From contig MCFE01000022.1 of NCBI GenBank assembly GCA_002104905.1, positions 124,001 to 188,000 of the forward strand: a stretch of 64,000 bases of DNA. Direction: 5' to 3'. The notes beneath the pieces are model-generated. The model was not told where the DNA came from, ran no database searches, and saw only the letters and a program-made list of their open reading frames with translations. The position numbers and the translations under genes are program-made. Origin of the DNA: Basidiobolus meristosporus CBS 931.73. Its lineage: Eukaryota > Fungi > Basidiobolomycota. Shown here one piece after another: positions 50,617-61,400 of this stretch. Every line of letters begins with the position of its first letter. The first letter of the stretch is position 1.

Positions 50617-52157
50617 ATGAAGGTCTTGGCAGCTCATTCCCTTTTTCTTTTATCTGCTATCTCTTCCGTCCTTGGCTCGTTTATTCCTAGAAGCTACAAT
50701 GTGGCTGATCAACTCCAGAAGGGCTCAGATTATTCAGGAGGAGGCAATCATGGTAATGGTGGCGGTGGCAATGGCAATTATGAAGGAAACGGCGGTGGCA
50801 ACGGCAACGGAGCAAGCAATTATGGCGATATCCACCACAACTATGGTGGTAATGGTGGTGGCAATGGTCTCTATGGTAGCGGTGGTGGAAACGGTGATAG
50901 ATATGGTGGCGGTGGTGGTGGTAATGGCGGCTACGGGGGCAATGGTGGCGGTCATGGCGACTATGGTGGTGGTAGCGGCAACGGTAATGGCGGAGTAAAT
51001 GGATACAGCGGCGGTAACGGTGGTGGAGGCAGTGGCTATGGTGGCAACGGTGGTGGAGGTAACGGCTATGGAGGTAACGGTGGTGGTGGCAGCGGCTATG
51101 GTGGCAACGGAGGTGGTGGTAACGGCTATGCAGTACGGTGGTGGTGGCAGCGGCTATGGTGGCAACGGTGGTGGTGGTAACGGCTACGAGTGGTGGTGGA
51201 GGCGGCAGCGGCTATGGTGGCAATGGTGGTGGCGGCAACGGCTATGGTGGCAATGGTGGTGGCGGCAACGGCTATGGTGGCAATGGTGGTGGCGGCAACG
51301 GCTATGGTGGCAATGGTGGTGGTGGCAGCGGCTATGGTGGCAATGGTGGTGGCGGCAGCGGCTATGGTGGCAATGGTGGTGGTGGCAACGGCTATGGTGG
51401 CAATGGTGGTGGCGGTAACGGCTATGGCGGAGGACATGGAGAGAAATATGGTAACGGTGGCGGCGGCGGCGTCAAAGGATACGGCGGAGGACATGGTGGT
51501 GGCCACGGATACGGTGGAGGACATGGCGATGGTCACCTCAAGTCGTACGATAGCAATGACTATGGTGGTCGCGGACGCGGTCACCATGATGGCTATGCTG
51601 GAAAGAAGGACTACGGTCACGGCGACGGCGAAGACTATGGCCATAAGAAGCATAAGGGGTATGGTGGCGGTGGAGATGGAAACGACAAATATGACGACGA
51701 CTACTCCGGTGGTGGTGGCCACCGCAAAGGCCACAAGAAGCACAAGAACAAGGACTATGATGGCGATGGTGATGACTATGATGAATACAGAGGGAAGCAT
51801 GGCAAGGGGCGTGGCCATAAATATGATGATGACGGTGATGACCACAAAGACTACCACAAGCACCGCACCAACGCTGATGAAGAAACTGTTAGCGTTGTTG
51901 CTGAGCAGCCAGCGACGGAACTCCCGGAACAGCCAGTTGCCGAAAACGTTAGTGAAGCAACCGATGCTGTCAACTCCCAAACCACCTCAAATACCGTTGA
52001 AGAGATTGCCCAACCGGCGACCAATGGCGATGAGTGCAATCAAATAGAAATCAATGGCTCACTTGCCGGTACTCCCGCCCATGGTGCAGTCTGCCTCGGC
52101 CAGCAGGTTCAGAAAACCCTCAACAATGTCTTGGATGTGAAGGGGCTTTTAGGATAA
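50617..52157 (+). CDS. Secreted Gly-rich repeat protein 1; frame broken twice inside the repeat (about 51130 and about 51190)
   Basis: Signal peptide MKVLAAHSLFLLSAISSVLG, then GYGGNGGGG[N/S] repeats, a His/Lys/Asp-rich segment and C-terminal ECNQIEINGSLAGTPAHGAVCLG...VLDVKGLLG. ORFs 50617-51180, 50999-51418 and 51138-52157 carry consecutive parts. Confidence 0.85.
51034..51425 (+). repeat. Coding 30-bp tandem repeat (GGCTATGGTGGCAATGGTGGTGGCGGCAAC) encoding GYGGNGGGG[N/S]
   Basis: Seven near-perfect units at 51210-51419, with more diverged units upstream. Confidence 0.95.
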
Positions 52158-52636
52158 TGGGATTTTGTCATTTCAATAGAGATAGTTTTGTGCACAACAG
52201 TTTGCTACAAGATAGAAGATAAGAGAATTTACTATTTGTTGATGCTTGTACTTAGCCTTCATCTCACTGTTCACTATAACACAACATCAATAAATTCATT
52301 ACCCCCCCAAAAAAATTGCCACTGATTCATTTTAACCAAGATGCTGAAGGGAAAGGAAATGTTGGGATTTTGGCTTGTTTTCATTCACATTGCAAGTACA
52401 TATTCCATTCTTCCACAGCCCGAACCTCGTTCCCCGTGCATTGGCCCTAAAAATATGAATGCACAAACCAACACACGTGGTGGTTGACCTCGAGATACCA
52501 CCTCTTATTTAGCGTGTGCTACCCACCTGTGTTTCATGAGAGGTTATAAAACTCGCAACCCGGCCCACATTCCAAGTCAATATTGATTCCCATCTACACG
52601 TATTGTATCCTTTCCACATATCTTTACGACCGAAAA

Positions 52637-53491
52637 ATGAAGGCCTTTGTGTACGACGTGCTGTTTTTACTTCCAGCCATTCATTCCGTGTTTGGTGTAT
52701 ACATCCCTAGAGGATACAATGTTGATGATCAACTCTCAAAGGCAGACAATTACGGAACAAATGGCGGTTTCGGCGGGAGCGGTGGTGGTGGCAATACAGA
52801 ACACTCATATGGTAATTACAGGGGACATGGTGATGCCAATGACTATAGAAATGGCAATGGTAATGGCCAGTCGCACGATTATCAGGGATATCACAACTCC
52901 GGTGACGGAAGAGGTGGACAACATGGAAAGTTCTACAACAATGAAGATTACAGTGGTGGTGGCCATGGACAAAGGGAGTACTACGGAAATACCGGAGCCG
53001 AGTATGGAGGCTACAATGATGGGAGGGGAAGGGGATACAGAGGGGACGGATATGCTCGATACAATGAGGGTGACTATTCCGGTGACGGTGGATACTTCAA
53101 CAGTCATAGGAAACACAAGCACAAGGAATACAGGGAAGACTACAACGGGGACTATGATGATGGTGAAGACTATAGAGACTCAGGTCGGCACCGTAAACAC
53201 AGAGAAATCGAGCCTTCTACTGATCCAGTACCTGAACCACCAGTTTCCAAGGTTGCTGAACAGAACGCCAACGATTTCACCAGTGTTCAACCATCGACCT
53301 CAGATTCTGCGATCAATTCTAACATAAAACCGAATAATGCCCAACAGCCACAATCAAATGATTTGTGCAAAGATGTAGATGTCAAGGGGAATGTTGTAAA
53401 TATTCCTGCAAATGCAGCAGTATGCCTAGGTAAAGACCTCACCAACACCGTCCATCAGGTATTGAACGTCGAAAATCTTCTTGGGATGTAA
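52637..53491 (+). CDS. Secreted Gly/Tyr/His-rich protein 2, tandem paralog of protein 1
   Basis: Signal peptide MKAFVYDVLFLLPAIHSVFG; shared IPRxYNVxDQLxK; shared C-terminus DLCKDVDVKGNVVNIPANAAVCLG...VLNVENLLG. Confidence 0.88.
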   Translation: MKAFVYDVLFLLPAIHSVFGVYIPRGYNVDDQLSKADNYGTNGGFGGSGGGGNTEHSYGNYRGHGDANDYRNGNGNGQSHDYQGYHNSGDGRGGQHGKFYNNEDYSGGGHGQREYYGNTGAEYGGYNDGRGRGYRGDGYARYNEGDYSGDGGYFNSHRKHKHKEYREDYNGDYDDGEDYRDSGRHRKHREIEPSTDPVPEPPVSKVAEQNANDFTSVQPSTSDSAINSNIKPNNAQQPQSNDLCKDVDVKGNVVNIPANAAVCLGKDLTNTVHQVLNVENLLGM

Positions 53492-53711
53492 ATTTCACAG
53501 TTGCCGTGTTCTCATTCAGCATGTTTAAGACTATCATTTATGTGATTTAGTAGCAACCTCCATGCATCATGATCTCCATAGTAACAATATGATCATTTGC
53601 AACCAGATTAGGATTATTATCATTAAAGTATCGTCACGATGACTAGGTATTATACAATATTTCTATCAGATACCCAACGTGTTGAGGTGAAGAGCAAGGA
53701 GACAAGTAACA

Positions 53712-55257
53712 ATGGTGAAGCTTTTCAAGTCGCTTATTTGCACCCTCGCGATACTCTCAAGCGTTCACTGTCGAATAGATCAGGAGGAGCTATTCCGCCT
53801 GCACGAACAACTTGTTTCCATTAATTCGGTCACGGGCAATGAAGCTCAAGTGACCGACTTCTTAAGCGAATACCTGGAGGATCTCGGCTGGTCCATAGAG
53901 ACACAAACCGTCTCCGAAGGGGTTAACGGAAAGCCCAGAGAAAACATATTTGCGCATCTGGGCAACAGTAATCCTGCCATCGTAGTTTCCAGCCATGTTG
54001 ACACAGGTTAGCGTTGAACCGTTATCATGCGCCATATGCGAGTATCTAAGCCTTTTGTTGTACGAAAAGTACCCCCATTCCTCCCCTATAGAGTTGAAGG
54101 AGACAAGATATTTGGCCGTGGCGCCTGCGATGCAAAAAGCTCTGTTGCAGCTCAGATCGTTGCTGTCGAACAGCTCTTGCTGGAGAATCCGGACCTTGAT
54201 ATTCGGGTAACTCGCTATTTGTTATCTATGGCAGGAAGGTGCAGTGAACTAAGGACTTGAAAAACATAGACTACTGTACGTGGTTGGAGAAGAAAAGGGA
54301 GGTCAGGGTATGACTAAAGTACCAGAGGTTGGTTGTTAAATCCTTTATTATCATTGAGCCTGAGCAAAAACCCTAACAAGTCGATATTTCAAAGCTGGAG
54401 CTTGCCCCTTCGGCGTTGATCATTGGCGAACCGACCGAAAACAAATTGGTTTTGGGACATAAGGGAATCATGTCATTTTCGATTGAAAGCCAGGGCATAG
54501 CCGCCCACTCTGGATATCCTGAACTCGGACGCTCGGCCATCTCCCAGCTTCTCAGCGCGATCATCTCTCTTAACACCATTGTAAGAAACCCCTCTGCGTA
54601 TACGAACCACCCATGTGTACATTCAATAATATGCACTTTAGGTTTTCCCAGCGGTTGATCCCATACTTGGAGCTGACACGATAAATATTGGCTTGGTCAA
54701 CGGTGGTGTAGCAGCCAACGTTGTTCCAGGAGTTTGCGTACGCCAACGCAACAATAAGAGTTGCCACAAATACTACCTTTGTTTGGGACACCATCACCAA
54801 AACCATCGGAAGCCCGCAAGGCATCAAGCTGACCCTCCATAACAAGTACGAACCGGTGAAACTTAGCTCGATCGAAGGATTCGACACCAGCGTTGCCAAA
54901 TTTAACACAGGTTCCCCGTTCATCCATGAATATCGGTCTCTTCGTTTCTGGCGACTAACCCCACTGACTTCCCTGTGAATAGATTTCTCCCGTTGGAAAG
55001 GCCCAGGAAAGAACTATCTTCTCGGACCAGGTAGGATCTGTGATATACACCCGGCCGTATCTAGATCACCTCTCACTTACACACTGCCTCCAAAACTAGG
55101 AACCATTCAGGTTGCACACAAGCCTGAAGAATACATCACCAAGTCTGAGCTAATCGATTCGGTTGAGCTTTACAAAAAGCTCATCCAGAAGATCCACCAA
55201 GAGCTGGGAACAGGTTCTAAGCCTAACTTCCGGTCTAAGATTGTCGAACAGTTGTAG
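53712..55257 (+). CDS. Secreted M20-family metallopeptidase (ArgE/acetylornithine deacetylase-like), multi-exon; apparent +1 frameshift at 54729-54730
   Basis: Signal peptide; SSHVDT-VPP, GRGACDAKSSVAAQI, VVGEEKGG, IIGEPTENKL, AAHSGYPELG, INIGLVNGGVAANVVP and GPG-TIQVAHKPEEYI. Confidence 0.9.
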
Positions 55258-55757
55258 CCTCCCCTCCCCTCCATAAAGAGTAGTTCGATTAGTGGTTTTC
55301 GAAGTTCACTGTAGTTTTAATAAAACTCTCCTCGGCATTAACAATACGTGAAGATTTGCTTCGTAGTGAAGATGTGTTCGGCTCTAATCAAGTCCAACAA
55401 ATACCGCCAATCTATCTGGAGAGTGCACATCGATCGAACAATTACTGATTACGAATGAATCGTTAATCAAATTGAATTGAGCAACTACGATAATATTCTG
55501 GTCGAAAATCGATCGTTTATTAATTAAATTAGATCCCGAAAAGCCAGTAACTAAGTGAAACACAATTAATCACACTGGTTAGTCGAAGGGCACAATTCTC
55601 TAAATAGTGCGATAGGTATTAGGAAAACGAAAAGGAACTTGCGCTTCAAAAGCAAAAGCTTTCGGAAAATAATCCGAGATGCTCATTATGTATCAAGTCA
55701 ATGGAAGGTGCGAAGGAATGGAAAGGACATGCAGTGGAAATATATTGGCTGGAATCC

Positions 55758-58448
55758 TTAAGCGGTGGTGCGCTTCTCGGAGACCCCGTTTTGGAGAAGG
55801 GCGACGGCACCGATGGCACGGACAGCAGTACGGACCTTCTCGGTGTTGGTGGCAACACGAGCAGAGAGTTCCTTTTGAGCCTTGCGCTCGACCAACTTTC
55901 TGCGGCGAGATGGAGAAGGCCACAAGGTAGCGGTGAGCTCGAAGGACCAGACTCTGAACAAGAACACCTTGACGAAGTCGAGAACGATGAAGTAACCAAG
56001 GGAAATGGCAAGAACACCACAACCCCAGCCCCAACCAATAGCATGGGTAAGTCCTGGAACACCAAAGACGGAGATCAACATGGCGAACACCTGGGTACCG
56101 AGAATGGCAACGGTGAATGTCCATGAGGGAATGTTCTCCCAGAAGAAGCCACTAAGACGAGTGGAGAAGATGACGAAGTGAGGGCAGGAAGAGATGTGGA
56201 GGTACATGATGGTTTCCAATTCCTTGGCTCCGACCTCAAATACATCACGAGCAATGAAGAAGTGGGCGAATGAGGCAGCGGTAAGGAAGACGGCCAACAC
56301 GAAGGACATGGTGATCAGTTGTCCGATTCTCCACTTATCTGGTCTCTGGGAGATTTGAGCATTGTCGACGGCAATAACGAGAGTGGCGCAATCGTTGAGG
56401 ACAGCAATGAAAATCAATAGAATGGCCTCAAGCTTCCATTGGTAGATAATGGTAACGAAGAAGAAGAAGAGCAAGAAATGAATGGTGGAGGTGATACGGT
56501 ACAAGGCATAGGAACGCATGCGTTGGAAAATGGCACGAGAGGTGGTGATACCATCGACAATCGTGGAAAGACCTGGGGCAAGCAACACAATATCCGAGGC
56601 AGAGCGAGCAGCATCAGTACATCCATGCACGGCAATACCAACGTTGGCCTTCTTCAGAGCTGGGGCATCGTTCACACCATCACCAGTCATACCAACCAAC
56701 AATCCCTGTTCCTGGAGCAACTCAACCACACGGTACTTGTGCTCAGGAATGACTTGAGCAAAACCGTCAGCCTTGACACAACGACGAACAATCTCTTCTT
56801 CAGAAACATCGGCTTCAACCAACTTGTGAGCATCCAAAATAGCACGTTGCATACCAAGACGTTGAGCAACTTCCTTGGCAATGATCAACTGATCACCAGT
56901 AATCATCTTGACTGAAACTCCCATCTCGTGGCAGCGAGCAATGGTCTCGGCGGAATCAGGACGAGGAGGATCCAACAGGGAGATCATGCCAATCAACTCC
57001 CATTGTTCAAGGTCACCTGGAATGGTACGAGCAACTCCCAAAGCACGAAGACCACGGCGGGCAAGACTGTTAACTGCATGGACGGCATCATCATTACCAC
57101 CAACCAACTTGATGATCACTTGTGGGGCTCCCTTGGCGACCTTGAAGGTCTCTCCGGTCTCTTCGTTGAGGATGGTAGCTTGGGTGAGCTTGGTAACAGG
57201 GTTGAATGGAAGGAAGGAGTTGGTCTTGAATCCGGGGATCTTGGTGTCGCGCTCACCGAGGCTCTTGAGGACCTCGAGTTGGGAACGGGCGGCAGTTCTA
57301 ACAGCGTATTCAATTGGGTCGTTGGCACCTTGCTCAGCAGCCATGTAAGAGTACAACAAGATGTCATCACTGCTGTAGCCCTTGCACAACCAGGGCTCAT
57401 CGAAAGTGAGTTCGTTGAGGGTGAGAGTACCGGTCTTGTCGGAGCAGAGAACAGACACGGAGGCCATTTCCTCGACAGCAGTCAGTCTCTTGACAATAAC
57501 CTCCTTCTTGGCCAATTGCTTGGCACCGACAGCCATGGTAACGGACATCACAGTGGGGAGACCGACTGGGATAGCAGCAACAGTCAACACGAGCACATCC
57601 TTAATAATGTTGAGGACATCGTGGGCATGGGTCTTCACCATCAGGACAATGAATAGGATAACAACCAATACGACAGTAATAAAAACCAAGAAGTTTCCGA
57701 TCTTGTTGATGATCTTCTGGAAATGACCTTGCTCGTTGGTGTTCGACATGAGGGTGGCAGCACGGCCGATGAAGGTGTTCTCTCCGGTCTTGGTAACAAC
57801 ACCCATTTGCTGACCTTGCTTGACAATGGAGGACGAGTAGGCAGTGGCTCCCTTGCCCTTGCTGACGGGGAGTGACTCACCAGTCAAGGCAGACTGATCG
57901 ATTTGGAGGTTTCCTTCGACTGGCTCACCATGAACACCAATTCCAAGAAGACGGCAATCAGCAGGGACGATATCACCCAGACGTAAGACAATAATATCAC
58001 CAGGAACCAGATCAGAAACGTCAATTTCAATCAAGTCACCGTTACGCCAGACACGAGTCTTCAGGGCAAGAGTGTTCTTCAAGGCATCCAAGGCATTCTC
58101 GGCCTTGGATTCTTCAATGAAACCAATAGCAGCGTTGACAAGCAAAAGAGCACCGATAATACCAAAGTTTACCCAATCCTGTACAACAGCTGAGAGAATC
58201 CAGGCAATTTCGATCAAGTAAGCAATGGCACCAGTGAAGTAGCCGAGGAACTTAAGGAACACATTCTTCTTGACTTCGGTCAACTGATTGGGACCGAACT
58301 TGGCTAAACGTTCGGTAACCTCAGCGGTAGTCAAACCTTTGGAAGGATCAGTATGTAAGAAAGCCTCCAGTTCAGGGGAAATCTCTTCAGCCATCTCCTG
58401 GTGAGCATGCTCTTCGAGCTGCACCTTTTTCTCCTCGTTGGCAGTCAT
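55758..58448 (-). CDS. PMA1: Plasma-membrane H+-ATPase (P3A), intronless, 896 aa
   Basis: DQSALTGESLP, AIPVGLPTV, CSDKTGTLT, KGAPQ, MITGD and MTGDGVNDAPALK. Confidence 0.97.
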   Translation of the reverse strand: MTANEEKKVQLEEHAHQEMAEEISPELEAFLHTDPSKGLTTAEVTERLAKFGPNQLTEVKKNVFLKFLGYFTGAIAYLIEIAWILSAVVQDWVNFGIIGALLLVNAAIGFIEESKAENALDALKNTLALKTRVWRNGDLIEIDVSDLVPGDIIVLRLGDIVPADCRLLGIGVHGEPVEGNLQIDQSALTGESLPVSKGKGATAYSSSIVKQGQQMGVVTKTGENTFIGRAATLMSNTNEQGHFQKIINKIGNFLVFITVVLVVILFIVLMVKTHAHDVLNIIKDVLVLTVAAIPVGLPTVMSVTMAVGAKQLAKKEVIVKRLTAVEEMASVSVLCSDKTGTLTLNELTFDEPWLCKGYSSDDILLYSYMAAEQGANDPIEYAVRTAARSQLEVLKSLGERDTKIPGFKTNSFLPFNPVTKLTQATILNEETGETFKVAKGAPQVIIKLVGGNDDAVHAVNSLARRGLRALGVARTIPGDLEQWELIGMISLLDPPRPDSAETIARCHEMGVSVKMITGDQLIIAKEVAQRLGMQRAILDAHKLVEADVSEEEIVRRCVKADGFAQVIPEHKYRVVELLQEQGLLVGMTGDGVNDAPALKKANVGIAVHGCTDAARSASDIVLLAPGLSTIVDGITTSRAIFQRMRSYALYRITSTIHFLLFFFFVTIIYQWKLEAILLIFIAVLNDCATLVIAVDNAQISQRPDKWRIGQLITMSFVLAVFLTAASFAHFFIARDVFEVGAKELETIMYLHISSCPHFVIFSTRLSGFFWENIPSWTFTVAILGTQVFAMLISVFGVPGLTHAIGWGWGCGVLAISLGYFIVLDFVKVFLFRVWSFELTATLWPSPSRRRKLVERKAQKELSARVATNTEKVRTAVRAIGAVALLQNGVSEKRTTA

Positions 58449-61400
58449 CTTAGGCCAAGATCGAAATTGGTCTTCAATAAATTAAGGCAAACACCGACTA
58501 AGTTTGGAAGTTGAGGAAGGAAAGGTGGAATACCTCACTTATTGAAGGGAAACAACAGATGATTGAATGTTCTTCCGCAAACTCGCCTCCAGGCTTATAT
58601 AGGTTTTCCAGCCGGGATCGCAGTGGGTGTGGTGCACAGTGAATGCTATGGAAAATATACTGATTACTTTACCTCGGCCAGTCTCCCATTCAGGCTCTAT
58701 TTAGATCATTGTAATTGCCCAGTAGTCTAAATTCCAGAATGGTATTTTCTCTTTTGTGCGCCCATGCCCTCTATGGCACAGCTTCGTTTGCACCAGTAAC
58801 CAGCAATTTTGGAAATTTTGGGTGAGCGAAGTAATGTTGGCCTTCAATTAAATGCAACGGTGATAATTTCAGAATGGGAATATGAGATGTATTCGTGACC
58901 CACCCATTGACATGTTTAAACAGAGTAGGTTTGACTGAAGCGGGTTACACAATCTGTGAGTGGTAGACTTACCTGATTGAATGCTTTAGGCAGTTGAAAA
59001 TTTTTATCTTGATCTTTAAGTATGTTCTGTACCATATCTGACCGGTAGTACACGCCTGTATCACGAGAACACCTACCCTACCCTACCTTACCTCGAAAGC
59101 GAAGTCTAAATTATAGAACTTTCTTTTCCAACTGAGAGCCAGAATTGTTCAGCCATCTTAGGCTGACATGGAGCCCACCTCACATGTCAAAAATTTCCAA
59201 ATTGGCGAAATTATTCTCACTATTTCTCCATCGCATTAGAGGGTGATTGCTGTTTGAATCGGTCGAGTCCTTCACCCGCCATCTACACATCGTTTGCATC
59301 CCATAGGTGTTATACTCAGGCCTCTGTCACCATCAGAACCTTGATTTCTTATGGGTGCTATTTAGTAATCGTTCACACGCTTTAATTCAATTAAGCTTGA
59401 ATTACCCGCGATTCTGAGTTTGGGGTCATACTAAATTAATCAGTGGTATTCTTGCGACATTGGCCTCTGCCAACTCTATTTGAAAATAAAGTTTTAGCTT
59501 CCATTTAGCTTTGCCAGGAGACTCGGTTTAACTTTAAGGAAGACACGTAAACCGCCTCCATTTTAGGCCCGTCCTAGCCTAGGAAGGAAATGGCTGATTA
59601 AAGTTTTAAGCACCTCGGGATGAATGATTCTGCGAAGGCTCGGCAGGCGAGTTCGACCATGGCTGTTCGTAATGAAACATGCCCCACGTTTGTCCCAAGT
59701 CATGTAAGATTACTGATACAACCGGCACCTTATTTTCTGAATGAGGTGTTCAAACGCACACCAACAAGTGCGGTGCGTTCCCTGTGAGACGGATGATTCA
59801 ATGAATCTTGGGTTTTCCAGTTGCTGCTCCAGCGCCACATCCATATGCACACTAATCCCCACGATATTGCACTCCCTCTCATTGCACAGTACTGAGGTTG
59901 AGCTTAGCTACGCTCCACATCCACGCCATTTCCAACATTTCGTACGCAATAAAGAAGACGATCTATAGGAATATAATGTCAACTCGGTGGATAGGAATAG
60001 AGTATAAACTCTGTGAATAGGAATACAGTGTACGGCTCGGTGGTGGTTCCAAACTGATCAATCCAGAAAAAGCAAGAATAATGGAAACTTGCGAATTTGC
60101 ATATCAAAACAGAAATGTGCATAATCGATTTGTAATGAATAGATAGAGATCTTACCGGGGTTGTGCTCCTCATTCTGCCAGTATATTTCAATGGATCACC
60201 TGATGCTTCCTTAGCTGGCCTTGTGGAGATTATCTCTAGCCTACTAGCTCAGTCCTCTCCCTTTTCGGTCAGAGCTATGATGCTGCTGTAACTGTCAGAT
60301 ACGTGACTACCCTACCTTCCTAATGTGGTCAGCATTTGCATGATAAAGATTCGTCTTTTTCGCACCATTTCAATTGGCGCTGGTTCAGCTGGAGTATATC
60401 CTGTGCGACGGTGTTTGGGATTCCCGTTGACGTTTGGCTGCTTTAATTTAGATAACAATTATACTCGCTCCCTATTATATCGTCAGATTATCACAACCAC
60501 TTCCCATTTAGGTATGATAGCCAATGAATATATTCCATTTGACACGTGTGCAAGTAACTGGAAAGTGGAGCCAAAGAAGTAGTGATTCATCGGATTATTT
60601 ACTGGCAATCAGATGACCATATTCAGTTTTCACGCCACACTGCCATTGATGCTCTCGTTCACTCTAGCAGCCAGGTGCGAATCAATCTGAGCGTCGCAAT
60701 TGACCTTTGCTGGAGGGATGGCTCTACTCTGGCGTGTTCCAGGTGAATAGAATGCCACGTCTGATACTAACCACTTTGGTTTGATGTTTTAGCCGCTGTC
60801 CCACTGCGAGCTGTGCCACAGAAAACTTCTTCCCTTCCATCATCTGTCGAGCACTAATCGACCTTATCGCAGGCAGGTCTTCTCCACATACATGTGGCAT
60901 GTACAAGACTGTTACCTGTTTGGATTAACTGTCATTGATTGCCGTTGATTTCGTCGAGTTTCGAGTAGTTTCTTTCACCCCAGTCATCACAGCATTTAGG
61001 GGAAAGGTCTACCATGTGGAGTCACCAGAGATCCCGATCAAACAGGCTCTAAGGGTAACCTTGCTCTTGTCATCATTACAGCCCAGGAAGAGTTATATTG
61101 GCATCTCCATATTGCGAACATATGAAGGAGATCTTTGCTCTTCCACATGGTTTATTTGTAGGCTGTCTCCTGCAATTGGACAGTTTTGTTAATCAGACCT
61201 CGACTAATATGAATCTGCGAAACGATCCCAGCCAATATCACCAGATCTTGAATTAGGGAAATACTAGATAGGGAAATCTAAGAGTGTCGTTATTTATTAG
61301 CCGCATGGCCCAATTTGCCCACCACACCACTACGCCAGCGAACTCCGCTGCACCCGCCGGAACCCAGGTGGAATCCCAAAGACGCTCTTCAACAAGAGGG

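Noticed and set aside
50999-51418. ORFs encoding WWWRQRLWWQ or VAMVVAATAM repeats, which could look like Trp-rich antimicrobial or RiPP precursors
   Set aside because: These are alternative frames of the 30-bp Gly repeat. The Gly frame carries the signal peptide and the C-terminus conserved in the paralog.
50617-55257. Dikaritin/KEP-type fungal RiPP cluster (repeat precursor plus peptidase)
   Set aside because: The repeats are not delimited by regular KR/RR Kex2 sites and no DUF3328/UstY oxidase is adjacent; kept only as a secreted-protein cluster hypothesis.
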